A stretch of 64,000 nt of DNA from an uncultured Aliarcobacter sp. (GTDB taxonomy: Bacteria; Campylobacterota; Campylobacteria; Campylobacterales; Arcobacteraceae): NCBI GenBank assembly GCA_963677435.1, contig OY781945.1, positions 2,400,001 through 2,464,000 on the forward strand. Direction: 5' to 3'. The notes under the pieces were generated by a model, which worked only from the letters and a program-made list of their open reading frames with translations, did not search any database and was not told the DNA's origin. The position numbers were made by a program, and so were the translations under genes. The first letter of the stretch is position 1, and each line of letters opens with the position of its first letter. Positions 9,914 to 18,973 of the stretch are shown here, one piece after another.

Positions 9914-10640
9914 AAGTTACAATATATTTAAAGAAGAGTTATTAAGCCTTGAGTTATTAAAAAGTCAAGGTTTTAATAATATAAGTTACCTTCTAAAAAC
10001 ATCATCAAAATCTTATGTAATTAGAGTTTTTAAATCAAATGAAAGCGTAAATATAAGCCGTAAGTTTGAATATGAAATTCAAAAAAAAGCTCACAAAAAA
10101 AATATAGCTTCAAAACCTATTTTTTTAAATGAAAACTTTATGATTTATGAGTATGAAAAAGGTATTCATAAAACTAAACTATCTAAAAATGAACTAAAAA
10201 AGTTAGTATCAAAAATAAAAAAGTTTCACAACTTTAAAGTAAAAACTAAAGCCTATGATTTATCTTTTGACTTAAAAAACTATTCAAAAAAACTTACTAC
10301 ATTAAAAAGTAAAAAACTAATAAACAAATGTTTTAAAAGTATAAAAGTTTTAAAAGAACACAAATATGAACTTGTTTTAACCCACCATGATTTAAATCCT
10401 AAAAATATAATTTTTAATAAAACTGACTTTAAAATAATAGATTGGGAATATGCAGGAACTAATGACAGATTTTTTGATTTGGCTTGTGTTTGTGTTGAAT
10501 TTAAACTAAATAAAAATGAAGAAAAAATCCTTTTAGATAGTTATTTCAAAAATAAAAAGAGTTATCATAAAATAAAATTAAAACACTTTAAAATCATTTA
10601 TGATAGTTTTTGTAAACTTTGGTTTGAGGCTAATCTTTAG
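9894..10640 (+). CDS. Choline/ethanolamine-kinase-like phosphotransferase (APH superfamily; possible thiamine kinase)
   Basis: QGFNNISY, HHDLNPKNII, IIDWEYAG, FDLA; probable TTG start at 9894 overlapping pnuC. Confidence 0.85.
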   Translation: MNLESLKSYNIFKEELLSLELLKSQGFNNISYLLKTSSKSYVIRVFKSNESVNISRKFEYEIQKKAHKKNIASKPIFLNENFMIYEYEKGIHKTKLSKNELKKLVSKIKKFHNFKVKTKAYDLSFDLKNYSKKLTTLKSKKLINKCFKSIKVLKEHKYELVLTHHDLNPKNIIFNKTDFKIIDWEYAGTNDRFFDLACVCVEFKLNKNEEKILLDSYFKNKKSYHKIKLKHFKIIYDSFCKLWFEANL

Positions 10641-11277
10641 AAGATTCAATCTCATCAACTCTTTCTTGAAGTAGATTAAAATGATATTTCCCTTCTAGTT
10701 TTTCTTTTAATTCTTCAAATTTATCAACCATTTTTTCTTCAACTTCTGTGCCATTATTTTTAAGTTTTTCATAAATTTGCATGATTCTTTCATCACTTAT
10801 TTCAGTTAGTCTTGAATCTTTTACAATTTGAGGAATTTCACTTATATCTAAAAGAGGCATTTTAAAATCGCAGTAATATTGAGATAAATCATTTATTCCC
10901 CAATACTCTAAGCCTAATTTATTATAAAAATCTAAAGAGGAACTAACACAATTCATTTTGAATCTTCTAATTTTATTATCAGCTAAATGAGCAAAAAGAT
11001 GTTTTAAAAGTTTATACGCATAACCAAAACTTCTATGTGTATTTGGTGTTAAAAGGTTGTGAATTGTTAGATATTCATTATCTTTTGAAATGGTGTAAAA
11101 TAGATAACAAACATGTTTTCCTTTATCATTTACTAAACATAAAGGGGGAAATTTTTCCCAACTGTAGTAATTATCCCACCATTCTAGGGCATTTTTAGAA
11201 AATGACAAACTTTTAAAATCTGCTATTTTTTTAACTGAGATTAAATATTCATCTCTATTTAGTTCTATCACTTTCAT
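10630..11277 (-). CDS. GNAT family N-acetyltransferase
   Basis: HRSFGYAYKLL acetyl-CoA motif and SLDFYNKLGL; start moved to the ATG at 11277 (SD GAAGGG). Confidence 0.75.
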   Translation of the reverse strand: MKVIELNRDEYLISVKKIADFKSLSFSKNALEWWDNYYSWEKFPPLCLVNDKGKHVCYLFYTISKDNEYLTIHNLLTPNTHRSFGYAYKLLKHLFAHLADNKIRRFKMNCVSSSLDFYNKLGLEYWGINDLSQYYCDFKMPLLDISEIPQIVKDSRLTEISDERIMQIYEKLKNNGTEVEEKMVDKFEELKEKLEGKYHFNLLQERVDEIESSKD

Positions 11278-11390
11278 TTTTAATCCCTTCATAGTAGGAT
11301 TCATTGTAGTCTTATTAATCATTATTCAGAGGCTTTTACTGTTTATAATTTATCCATTGGAAATTTTAAAATATTTTAAACAGTTTCGGG

Positions 11391-11396
11391 TATTAT
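11391..11396 (+). promoter_or_regulatory. Putative -10 box (TATTAT) 6 nt before the uvrC ATG (leaderless)
   Basis: GGG-TATTAT-TCCAGC-ATG; no SD. Confidence 0.5.
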
Positions 11397-11402
11397 TCCA
11401 GC

Positions 11403-13253
11403 ATGAATCTACAAGACAAACTCAAACAACTTCCAATTGATGCTGGTGTTTATCAATACTTTGATAAACAAGGTCATTTACTCTATATAGGAAAAGCAAA
11501 AGTCCTTAAAAATAGAGTTAAATCATATTTTAAATTTACTCCTAAACTATTACCTGCTGATAAGTTGGGGCCTAGAATTTACAAAATGATTAGTGAAGTT
11601 GAAACTCTTGAATGGATTGTTGTTCCAAATGAACATGATGCTTTGATTTTGGAAAACTCATTAATCAAACAGTTAAAACCAAAATACAATATTCTACTAA
11701 GAGACGATAAAACTTACCCTTATATCATGATTGATTATAGTGAAGATTTTCCAAGACTTGAAATCACTAGAAAAATTCACAAAGGGAAAAATATCAAATA
11801 TTTTGGACCATACTCAACTGGTGCAAAAGATATGCTTGATAGCATCTATGAAATAGTTCCTCTTGTGCAAAAAAAATCTTGTGTTAAAGGTAAAACCGCT
11901 TGTTTATTCCATCAAATAAAAAAATGTTTTGCTCCTTGTGAAAATAAAATCTCAAAAGAAGAATATTCAAAAATTGTAGAAAATGCCCTAGAGTTTATCT
12001 ACAATAAAACGAAATTAATCTCAAAACTAAATGAAAGAATGTTGCAATACTCAAATGATTTTAGATTTGAAGATGCAATGATGATAAGAGATAGAATAAA
12101 AACAATAGAAAAATCTCAAATAAAATCAGGAATTGATTTAACAACAAATGAAGACATAGATATTTTTGCAATCACAGCCTCAAATAAAAAAGCAGTAATT
12201 GTGCGAATGTTTATAAGAGATGGGAAAATTGCATCTTCAAGCCATGACTTTTTAAAGGTTGATGCCTTTGATGAAAGTTTTGATTTTGATTATGAAGAGG
12301 CTTATAAAAGGGCAATTATCAACTACTACGATAATGAAATTCCACTTTTACCAAAAGAGATTTTAGTGGGAATTGAGCTAAATGATACGGTTGAGCTTGA
12401 AGAGTTTTTACAAATTAAATTTGGCAGAAAAATCAAAATTGTAAATCCAAAAAAAGATAAGAAAAAAGATATTGTTCAAATTGCCCTTAGTAATTGTGAA
12501 GAGCTTTTACGAATTGATTTAAGTAAAAATCAAACAACTATTTATGAAGAGTTAAAAGATTTATTTACACTGCAAACTCTTCCTTTTAGAGTTGAAAGTT
12601 ATGATAACTCTCACATGATGGGACAAGCAACTGTGGGAGCTATGGTTGTTTGGAGTGAAGAGTTAAACTCTTTTGAAAAGAAATCATTTAGACACTATAA
12701 CCTTGAATCAAAAGATGAATACTCACAAATGAGAGAGATGTTAATAAGAAGAGTTGAAAGTTTTGAAAAAAATCCTGCACCTGATTTGTGGATTATTGAT
12801 GGGGGAGAAACCCTTTTAAAATTAGCCTATGATATTGTTTCATCAGTTGGTGTAAATCTTGATATAATTGCGGTCGCAAAAGAGAAAGTTGATGCCAAAG
12901 CCCATAGAGCAAAAGGTGCAGCAAAAGATATAATTCACTATAGAGATAAAAATGGTGAATTTAAAAATCTGAAATTATCAACAAGTGACAAAAGACTGCA
13001 ATTTGTACAAAGACAAAGAGATGAAGCTCACAGATTTGTAATCAATTTTCACAAAAAACAAAAACGAGCAGAAGACAAACAAATTTCACTATTACAAATC
13101 AAAGGAATAGGAGAAGCAAAAATCAAAAAACTTCTTTTATATTTTGGTGAATTTGAGAAAATCAAAAATGCATCAGTTGAAGAATTAAAAAATGTTTTAA
13201 ATGAAAAAGATGCAATTATCATATCAAATTATTTTATTACCCCAAAGGATTAA
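11403..13253 (+). CDS. uvrC: Excinuclease ABC subunit C
   Basis: GIY-YIG (GVYQY..LYIGKAK..RVKSYF), [29 protein letters not shown], HhH. Confidence 0.97.
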   Translation: MNLQDKLKQLPIDAGVYQYFDKQGHLLYIGKAKVLKNRVKSYFKFTPKLLPADKLGPRIYKMISEVETLEWIVVPNEHDALILENSLIKQLKPKYNILLRDDKTYPYIMIDYSEDFPRLEITRKIHKGKNIKYFGPYSTGAKDMLDSIYEIVPLVQKKSCVKGKTACLFHQIKKCFAPCENKISKEEYSKIVENALEFIYNKTKLISKLNERMLQYSNDFRFEDAMMIRDRIKTIEKSQIKSGIDLTTNEDIDIFAITASNKKAVIVRMFIRDGKIASSSHDFLKVDAFDESFDFDYEEAYKRAIINYYDNEIPLLPKEILVGIELNDTVELEEFLQIKFGRKIKIVNPKKDKKKDIVQIALSNCEELLRIDLSKNQTTIYEELKDLFTLQTLPFRVESYDNSHMMGQATVGAMVVWSEELNSFEKKSFRHYNLESKDEYSQMREMLIRRVESFEKNPAPDLWIIDGGETLLKLAYDIVSSVGVNLDIIAVAKEKVDAKAHRAKGAAKDIIHYRDKNGEFKNLKLSTSDKRLQFVQRQRDEAHRFVINFHKKQKRAEDKQISLLQIKGIGEAKIKKLLLYFGEFEKIKNASVEELKNVLNEKDAIIISNYFITPKD

Positions 13254-13255
13254 TT

Positions 13256-14278
13256 TTGGCAAAAATCTTATTAAATAAAGAAAATTTATTTTACAATTTT
13301 GGTGTTATTTCAAAGCAAACAGGTTCAGTTGAAAAAGTTGCTGTTGTTCTAAAAGATAACGCTTACGGACATGGTCTTTTAGAAATTGCAACACTTGCAA
13401 GTGAATTTGGAATTAAAAAAGCAGTGGTTAAATCTATAGATGAAGCCTTGGTTATTGAAAAATTATTTGATGATATTTTAATCCTTGCTCAAAAAGATAT
13501 TCACACTTATTCACATACTTTTCACATAGCAGTAAACAGTTTAGATATTATAGAAAATTTACCTGAAAATATAAAAGTTCATATTAAGGTAGATACGGGT
13601 ATGCATAGAAATGGTGTATCTCCAAAAGAGCTAGAACAGGCTTTTTTAGGGCTTTGTAAAAGAAATATACAAGTGACTGGAATCTTTACACACCATAAAT
13701 GTGCAGATGAATTAACTACTGATTTTTTCTGGCAAAAGGCCGTTTTTTCTAGGGTAAAAGAGGATGTGAAAAGAATATGTGAAAAACTTTTACTACCTAT
13801 TCCAGCCTTTCATTCATGTAACTCAGCAGCACTTTTTAGAACATCGAATTTTGATGAAGATTTTGCTAGAGTTGGAATTGCAACTTATGGTTATTTAGAT
13901 AATGCAGGAGTTTTCAAATTTCCAAAATTAAAACCTGTTATGTCACTTTGGGCTTCAAGATTAGCAACAAGGGTTTTAAAAAAAGGACAAAGTGTTGGTT
14001 ATGGAGGAACATACACTGCAAGTGAAGATATGACTGTTTCAACTTATGATATTGGGTATGGAGATGGTTTTTTAAGACTTAATGAAAGAAAAAAATATAC
14101 AACGCCCAAAGGCTTTAATGTCTTAGGAAAAGTTTCAATGGATAATTTAGTTTTAAATACCAAAGAAGAAGAAGTTTGTATTTTTGATGATGTTAATACA
14201 TTGGCTAAAATTCATGATACAATTACTTATGAAATTACAACAACATTAAATCCAAATATAAAAAAAGAGATTACATGA
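13256..14278 (+). CDS. alr: Alanine racemase
   Basis: [12 protein letters not shown] (PLP Lys), [28 protein letters not shown]. Confidence 0.95.
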   Translation: MAKILLNKENLFYNFGVISKQTGSVEKVAVVLKDNAYGHGLLEIATLASEFGIKKAVVKSIDEALVIEKLFDDILILAQKDIHTYSHTFHIAVNSLDIIENLPENIKVHIKVDTGMHRNGVSPKELEQAFLGLCKRNIQVTGIFTHHKCADELTTDFFWQKAVFSRVKEDVKRICEKLLLPIPAFHSCNSAALFRTSNFDEDFARVGIATYGYLDNAGVFKFPKLKPVMSLWASRLATRVLKKGQSVGYGGTYTASEDMTVSTYDIGYGDGFLRLNERKKYTTPKGFNVLGKVSMDNLVLNTKEEEVCIFDDVNTLAKIHDTITYEITTTLNPNIKKEIT

Positions 14279-14943
14279 AAAAATTGCTATTTCTTCTTAT
14301 TTTTCTAGGAACTTTTTTAAATGCTTTAACTTTTGAAGAGGTTTACACGATTCAACGAGTTCAAGGAACAATGAAAGCCCTTAGTGGATATAAAGAATTA
14401 GCAAAAGAAAATAATCCAAAAGCTATCCATGAGTTAGCACTTATTTATCTAACAGGTGATGGAATAGCTAGAAATATAAATAAAGCTCAAGAACTATTAC
14501 AAAAAGCCTCTGATTTAGGAAATACAGAATCAACTTATATTTTAGCAAAACTATATCTTTCTAAAAAAACAATCTTTTATGATGAAAAAAAAGCTTATAA
14601 CACTTTTATAGATGCTGCAAATAAAAATCATGCAAAAGCACAACTTATGTTAGCTAGATTCTTTTTATTAGGAGAAATCGTTCCAAAAGATTATGAAAAA
14701 GCAATGTACTATTTTGTATTAGCTTCAAAACAAAAAGAGTATGAAGCGAACTGTTATATTGCATATATGTATGCAAGTGGAACAGGTGTTTTCCCAAATT
14801 TTGGAAGAGCACAAACTTTTGCAAAAGATGGTTTTAATAGAAAAGATAAACTTTGCGTAAAAGTATGGAATGATTACAATTTATTTAAATACCCAAAAGA
14901 TGAAGGTTTTAAAATTGGGGATTATAATGAGCCTGTAAAATAG
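14275..14943 (+). CDS. Secreted Sel1-like repeat protein
   Basis: Signal peptide; repeated A..LA..Y..G.G...KA motifs. Confidence 0.85.
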   Translation: MKKLLFLLIFLGTFLNALTFEEVYTIQRVQGTMKALSGYKELAKENNPKAIHELALIYLTGDGIARNINKAQELLQKASDLGNTESTYILAKLYLSKKTIFYDEKKAYNTFIDAANKNHAKAQLMLARFFLLGEIVPKDYEKAMYYFVLASKQKEYEANCYIAYMYASGTGVFPNFGRAQTFAKDGFNRKDKLCVKVWNDYNLFKYPKDEGFKIGDYNEPVK

Positions 14944-14946
14944 GCT

Positions 14947-15705
14947 CTAAAAATTTATATCTTTTAAAACATACTCTTTTTTACAGCTTTCACAATAATC
15001 AATAAACAGCTGAAAATATTTATCAACCTCATCTTTATCATATCCAGCAAGACTAATTACTACTTTTCTAGTATCTCCTACAAATTTAGGCAGAGATGCG
15101 AAATCTAGATGATTAGGCATTTTTTTCATAGTATTTATTAAGTCATTTTCACTACAATCAATAGTCATTACACATCTGTATTTCTCTTTTGATTTTGGAT
15201 ATAACTTATCAAGTGCTTCAACAACCATTGCTTGGCTCATAGATGGAAAACCTGGGGTGAAGAAAAATCTATCTTCTAGGTAAAATCCTGCAACATTATT
15301 TACTACATTTGTAAGAAGTTTCGCATTTATTGGTAGATATGCCATATTTATTCTATGTGGATATGCTTGATCATTAAATTGATTTATAATTCTATATTTT
15401 GCTTCTTCATGAAATTCCATTTTCCCATTTGTGAAAGCCTTTGCAGCAACTTCTCTTGTATAATCATCAGGAGTTGCACCAATTCCTCCAAAACTAAACA
15501 TTACAGAATTTGGGTCAGATTTTATTAGATTAAAAACATCTAACATAAGTTTGGTGTCATCACCTATTACAAAAGAAGCTTTTTGTTCCCAACCACGACT
15601 TAAAAGTTGTTGGTTCAAAAATGCAAAATGGGCATCAGTCCTACGCCCATTTAGAAGTTCAGTTCCAATTATTACACTATAAAAATTTACTTTTTTTTCA
15701 AGCAT
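14947..15705 (-). CDS. CinA N-terminal-like / molybdopterin-binding domain protein
   Basis: IIGTELLNGRRTD, GGIGATPDDYT, PGFP. Confidence 0.88.
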   Translation of the reverse strand: MLEKKVNFYSVIIGTELLNGRRTDAHFAFLNQQLLSRGWEQKASFVIGDDTKLMLDVFNLIKSDPNSVMFSFGGIGATPDDYTREVAAKAFTNGKMEFHEEAKYRIINQFNDQAYPHRINMAYLPINAKLLTNVVNNVAGFYLEDRFFFTPGFPSMSQAMVVEALDKLYPKSKEKYRCVMTIDCSENDLINTMKKMPNHLDFASLPKFVGDTRKVVISLAGYDKDEVDKYFQLFIDYCESCKKEYVLKDINF

Positions 15706-15708
15706 AAC

Positions 15709-16278
15709 TTAGATTTTTGATTGGATATATTTATCCATCTCAGTTACAATCTTTTCAATAGTTCTTTCACCATTTATTTTTTTTAATAATTTTTTTGCTG
15801 TGTAAAACTCTTGAATTTGTTCTAACGGTTCAGCATAAACTCTCATTCTATTATTGAATACTTCAACACTATCATCTGTACCTCGTGCTCGTCCCAAAAC
15901 TCTATCTCTAGCTACTTTTTCTGAAACTACAACTTCAATACATTTTACTAATTTTACTTCACTTTCATTTACTAAATATTTATCTAATTCTACCATTTGT
16001 TCAATACTTCTTGGATATCCATCAATAATAACAATATCAGTTGAAGCATTTTTTATAGCTCCTAGAATCGTCTCAATAGCTATATCAATTGGTACAATGT
16101 TACCTGCACTAATATAAGTATTAATTATTTCACCTCTTTGTGATCCACTTGCTACTTCAGCTCTAAACATATCTCCAGTTGAATAATGAGTGATATTATT
16201 ATGTTTTGCTGCAATTAATTCTGCATCTGTAGTTTTGCCACTTCCAGGTGCTCCAATAATTAAAAATAATTTTTTCAT
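15709..16278 (-). CDS. adk: Adenylate kinase family, short-LID type
   Basis: [22 protein letters not shown], short RARGTDD lid. Confidence 0.88.
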   Translation of the reverse strand: MKKLFLIIGAPGSGKTTDAELIAAKHNNITHYSTGDMFRAEVASGSQRGEIINTYISAGNIVPIDIAIETILGAIKNASTDIVIIDGYPRSIEQMVELDKYLVNESEVKLVKCIEVVVSEKVARDRVLGRARGTDDSVEVFNNRMRVYAEPLEQIQEFYTAKKLLKKINGERTIEKIVTEMDKYIQSKI

Positions 16279-16406
16279 TTATGCCCTTTTGAATTTACAA
16301 GGCGTAATTGTATCAAAAATCATTTAAATTCTTCATGTACTATTAAAACCTTATGTATAATTAAAAGCTTTTTGAATACAATACGAAAAAACTAAGGAAA
16401 CGCAAT

Positions 16407-17048
16407 ATGAATTTAATGCTATTTGGAGCACCTGGTGCTGGTAAAGGAACACAAGCAAAATTTTTAATTGAAAAGTATAATATTCCACAAATCTCAACTG
16501 GAGATATCTTAAGAGCTGCAATTACAGATAAAACAGATATGGGAATGGAAGCAAAAAAATTCATGGATGAAGGAAAATTAGTTCCAGATTCAACTATTAT
16601 TGGTATTATCAAAGATAGACTGGCTGAGTCTGACTGTAAAGATGGTTTCATTCTTGATGGATTTCCAAGAACTCTAGCACAAGCAGAGGCTTTAGGTGAA
16701 CTAATGGCAACTATGGGAATCTCTTTAGATAAAGTAATCTCTTTAAATGTTCCAGATGAATTAATTGTTGGAAGAATTACAGGAAGAAGAGTATGTTCTA
16801 AATGTGGAGCTTCTTTTCATGTGGAATTTAACCCATCTAAAAAAGAGTCTAATTGTGACTATTGTGATGGTGAATTAATCATTAGAAAAGATGATAATGC
16901 AGAAACTGTAATAAGCAGATTAGAAGCATATCATGCACAAACAGCACCATTAATTGATTTTTACACAAAAATGGGTGTATTTGTTGAGCTTGATGGAACA
17001 AAAGATGTTTCTGATGTTACAGCAGATATGTTATCTGCACTTTCATAA
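16407..17048 (+). CDS. adk: Adenylate kinase, long Zn-binding LID type
   Basis: GAPGAGKGTQA, LDGFPRT, LID CSKC...CDYC, RKDD. Confidence 0.96.
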   Translation: MNLMLFGAPGAGKGTQAKFLIEKYNIPQISTGDILRAAITDKTDMGMEAKKFMDEGKLVPDSTIIGIIKDRLAESDCKDGFILDGFPRTLAQAEALGELMATMGISLDKVISLNVPDELIVGRITGRRVCSKCGASFHVEFNPSKKESNCDYCDGELIIRKDDNAETVISRLEAYHAQTAPLIDFYTKMGVFVELDGTKDVSDVTADMLSALS

Positions 17049-17066
17049 ATCTTTTTTACAAAATAT

Positions 17067-17103
17067 AAAAGGGCAACTATTATAATAGTTGCCCTTTTTT
17101 TTT
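17067..17103. terminator. Bidirectional intrinsic terminator
   Basis: Perfect 32-nt palindrome AAAAGGGCAACTATTA/TAATAGTTGCCCTTTT followed by a T run, between convergent adk and ygiQ. Confidence 0.88.
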
Positions 17104-17127
17104 TAACTAGTGATTATTTAAAATAGT

Positions 17128-18900
17128 TTAACCTTGCATTCCTGAGCTTGAAGTTTTTTTATTTTTCCCTGCAAATTGATTTTTTGCAACAACTATCTCT
17201 TTTTGTTTCTCTTTTCTTCTTTGATCTTTTTCAACAAAGATTTTTTTCTTTGTAAATGGGTCAAGTTCTGTGTAATACATAACTGCTGAATAAGTTCCAG
17301 GTGTTGGGGTGAAAACTTGTGCTTGTTCTGGATTCATTTTTAATTCATGGGTTGTAAATTGTTTTAACTCATGCATATGCTTTTCCTCACATCCAGGATG
17401 GGCTGCAATCAAATAATATGTTAAAAACTGTTGTTTCCCTGACTCTTTATTAAGTCTGTCATACATAGCTTTAAAATCAATCAGTGTTTGTTTCCCTGGT
17501 TTTCCCATATGATGTAAAACTTCATCATTTGTATGTTCTGGTGCAACTTTCATTTGACCTGAAATATGATGATCAACCATCTCTTTTAAATACTCATATC
17601 CGTGTTTTTTATCTGCTGTTATTAAATCATATCTAACACCTGAAGCTACGAATGCTTTTTTGATTCCAGGAACTGCTCTGATATCTTTTAATAACTGTAT
17701 ATTTCTGCTATGGTCAACTTTCATAGTTCTGCAAAGTCTGTGAGCATCTACACATCTTTTATTTTCGATACAAGTTCCAAGATTTATCTTTTTCTTACAC
17801 TCATAACCATACATATTTGCTGTTGGTCCACCAACATCTGAAATGATTCCTTTAAAATCTTTCATTGTAGTAAAATGTTTTGCTTCTTGCAAAATATTTG
17901 CTTCGCTTCTTGTTCGAATAGTTCTTCCTTGGTGAGCTGCAATTGCACAAAAGTTACACTCTCCCCAACATCCATGATGGGTCATAATAGAAAACTTAAT
18001 TGTTTCAAGACATTTTACTTTTCCATCTTTTGCATTATATGGATGAGCATCCCTTTGATATGGAAATGAAGCAATTTTATCCATCTCTTCTTCTTCCATA
18101 TGACGGCTTGGTGGATTTTGAATTAAATATCTTCCATCAACTTCTTGGTATAAACCTTTTGAATAAATAGGATCATTATTGTCATAAAAAGCTTTGAAAA
18201 GATCAATATACTTCTCTTTATCTTTTAAACATTCATCGTGTGAAGGAATTTCTAAAAATGTTTCTTCAGTAGGAGCTTCTTTTGAAATATAACAAAGTCC
18301 TCTAATTGTTCTTGGGTCTTTCCCCTCTTTTAGGTAATTTCCTAAATCAATAATAGCCTGCTCACCCATTCCATAAACCATATAATCTGCTTTTGTATCA
18401 AATAATATTGGTTTTCTAAGCTTATTTGTCCAATAATCATAGTGAGTAAGTCTTCTCAAAGATGCTTCTATTCCTCCAAGAACAATAGGAACTGTTCCTT
18501 TAAAATATCTTCTAATTAGATTTGTGTAAACTAAAGTTGCTCTATCTGGTCTTTTGTTATTTTTTCCACCTGGAGTGTAATCATCACTATTTCTGAACTT
18601 TTTAGTTGCAGTGTAGTTTGAAACCATTGAATCAATACTTCCACCACTTACTCCCCAAAATAGTTTTGGTTCACCCAATCTTTTGACATCAATATCACTA
18701 TTAACATCTGGTTGGCCTATAATTCCCACTCGAAGACCTATGTCTTCAAGTATTCGTCCAACAACTGCAATTCCCATAAATGGGGAATCAATATATGCAT
18801 CTCCAGTAATTAGGATAACATCTAGTTCATCCCACCCCCTTGCTTGCATCTCTTCTTTTGTTGTAGGTAAAAATTTATTTGGTTTATTAATATTACTCAT
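17128..18900 (-). CDS. YgiQ family radical SAM protein
   Basis: ITGDAYIDSP, GGIEASLRR, CWGECNFC, DVGGPTANMY, KVAPEH. Confidence 0.93.
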   Translation of the reverse strand: MSNINKPNKFLPTTKEEMQARGWDELDVILITGDAYIDSPFMGIAVVGRILEDIGLRVGIIGQPDVNSDIDVKRLGEPKLFWGVSGGSIDSMVSNYTATKKFRNSDDYTPGGKNNKRPDRATLVYTNLIRRYFKGTVPIVLGGIEASLRRLTHYDYWTNKLRKPILFDTKADYMVYGMGEQAIIDLGNYLKEGKDPRTIRGLCYISKEAPTEETFLEIPSHDECLKDKEKYIDLFKAFYDNNDPIYSKGLYQEVDGRYLIQNPPSRHMEEEEMDKIASFPYQRDAHPYNAKDGKVKCLETIKFSIMTHHGCWGECNFCAIAAHQGRTIRTRSEANILQEAKHFTTMKDFKGIISDVGGPTANMYGYECKKKINLGTCIENKRCVDAHRLCRTMKVDHSRNIQLLKDIRAVPGIKKAFVASGVRYDLITADKKHGYEYLKEMVDHHISGQMKVAPEHTNDEVLHHMGKPGKQTLIDFKAMYDRLNKESGKQQFLTYYLIAAHPGCEEKHMHELKQFTTHELKMNPEQAQVFTPTPGTYSAVMYYTELDPFTKKKIFVEKDQRRKEKQKEIVVAKNQFAGKNKKTSSSGMQG

Positions 18901-18973
18901 TTTTTCTTCTTTAAAATATATTAGTTTTTTCGTATTGTGCCCAAATATATTTTAACCCCTACTATAAAAACAT

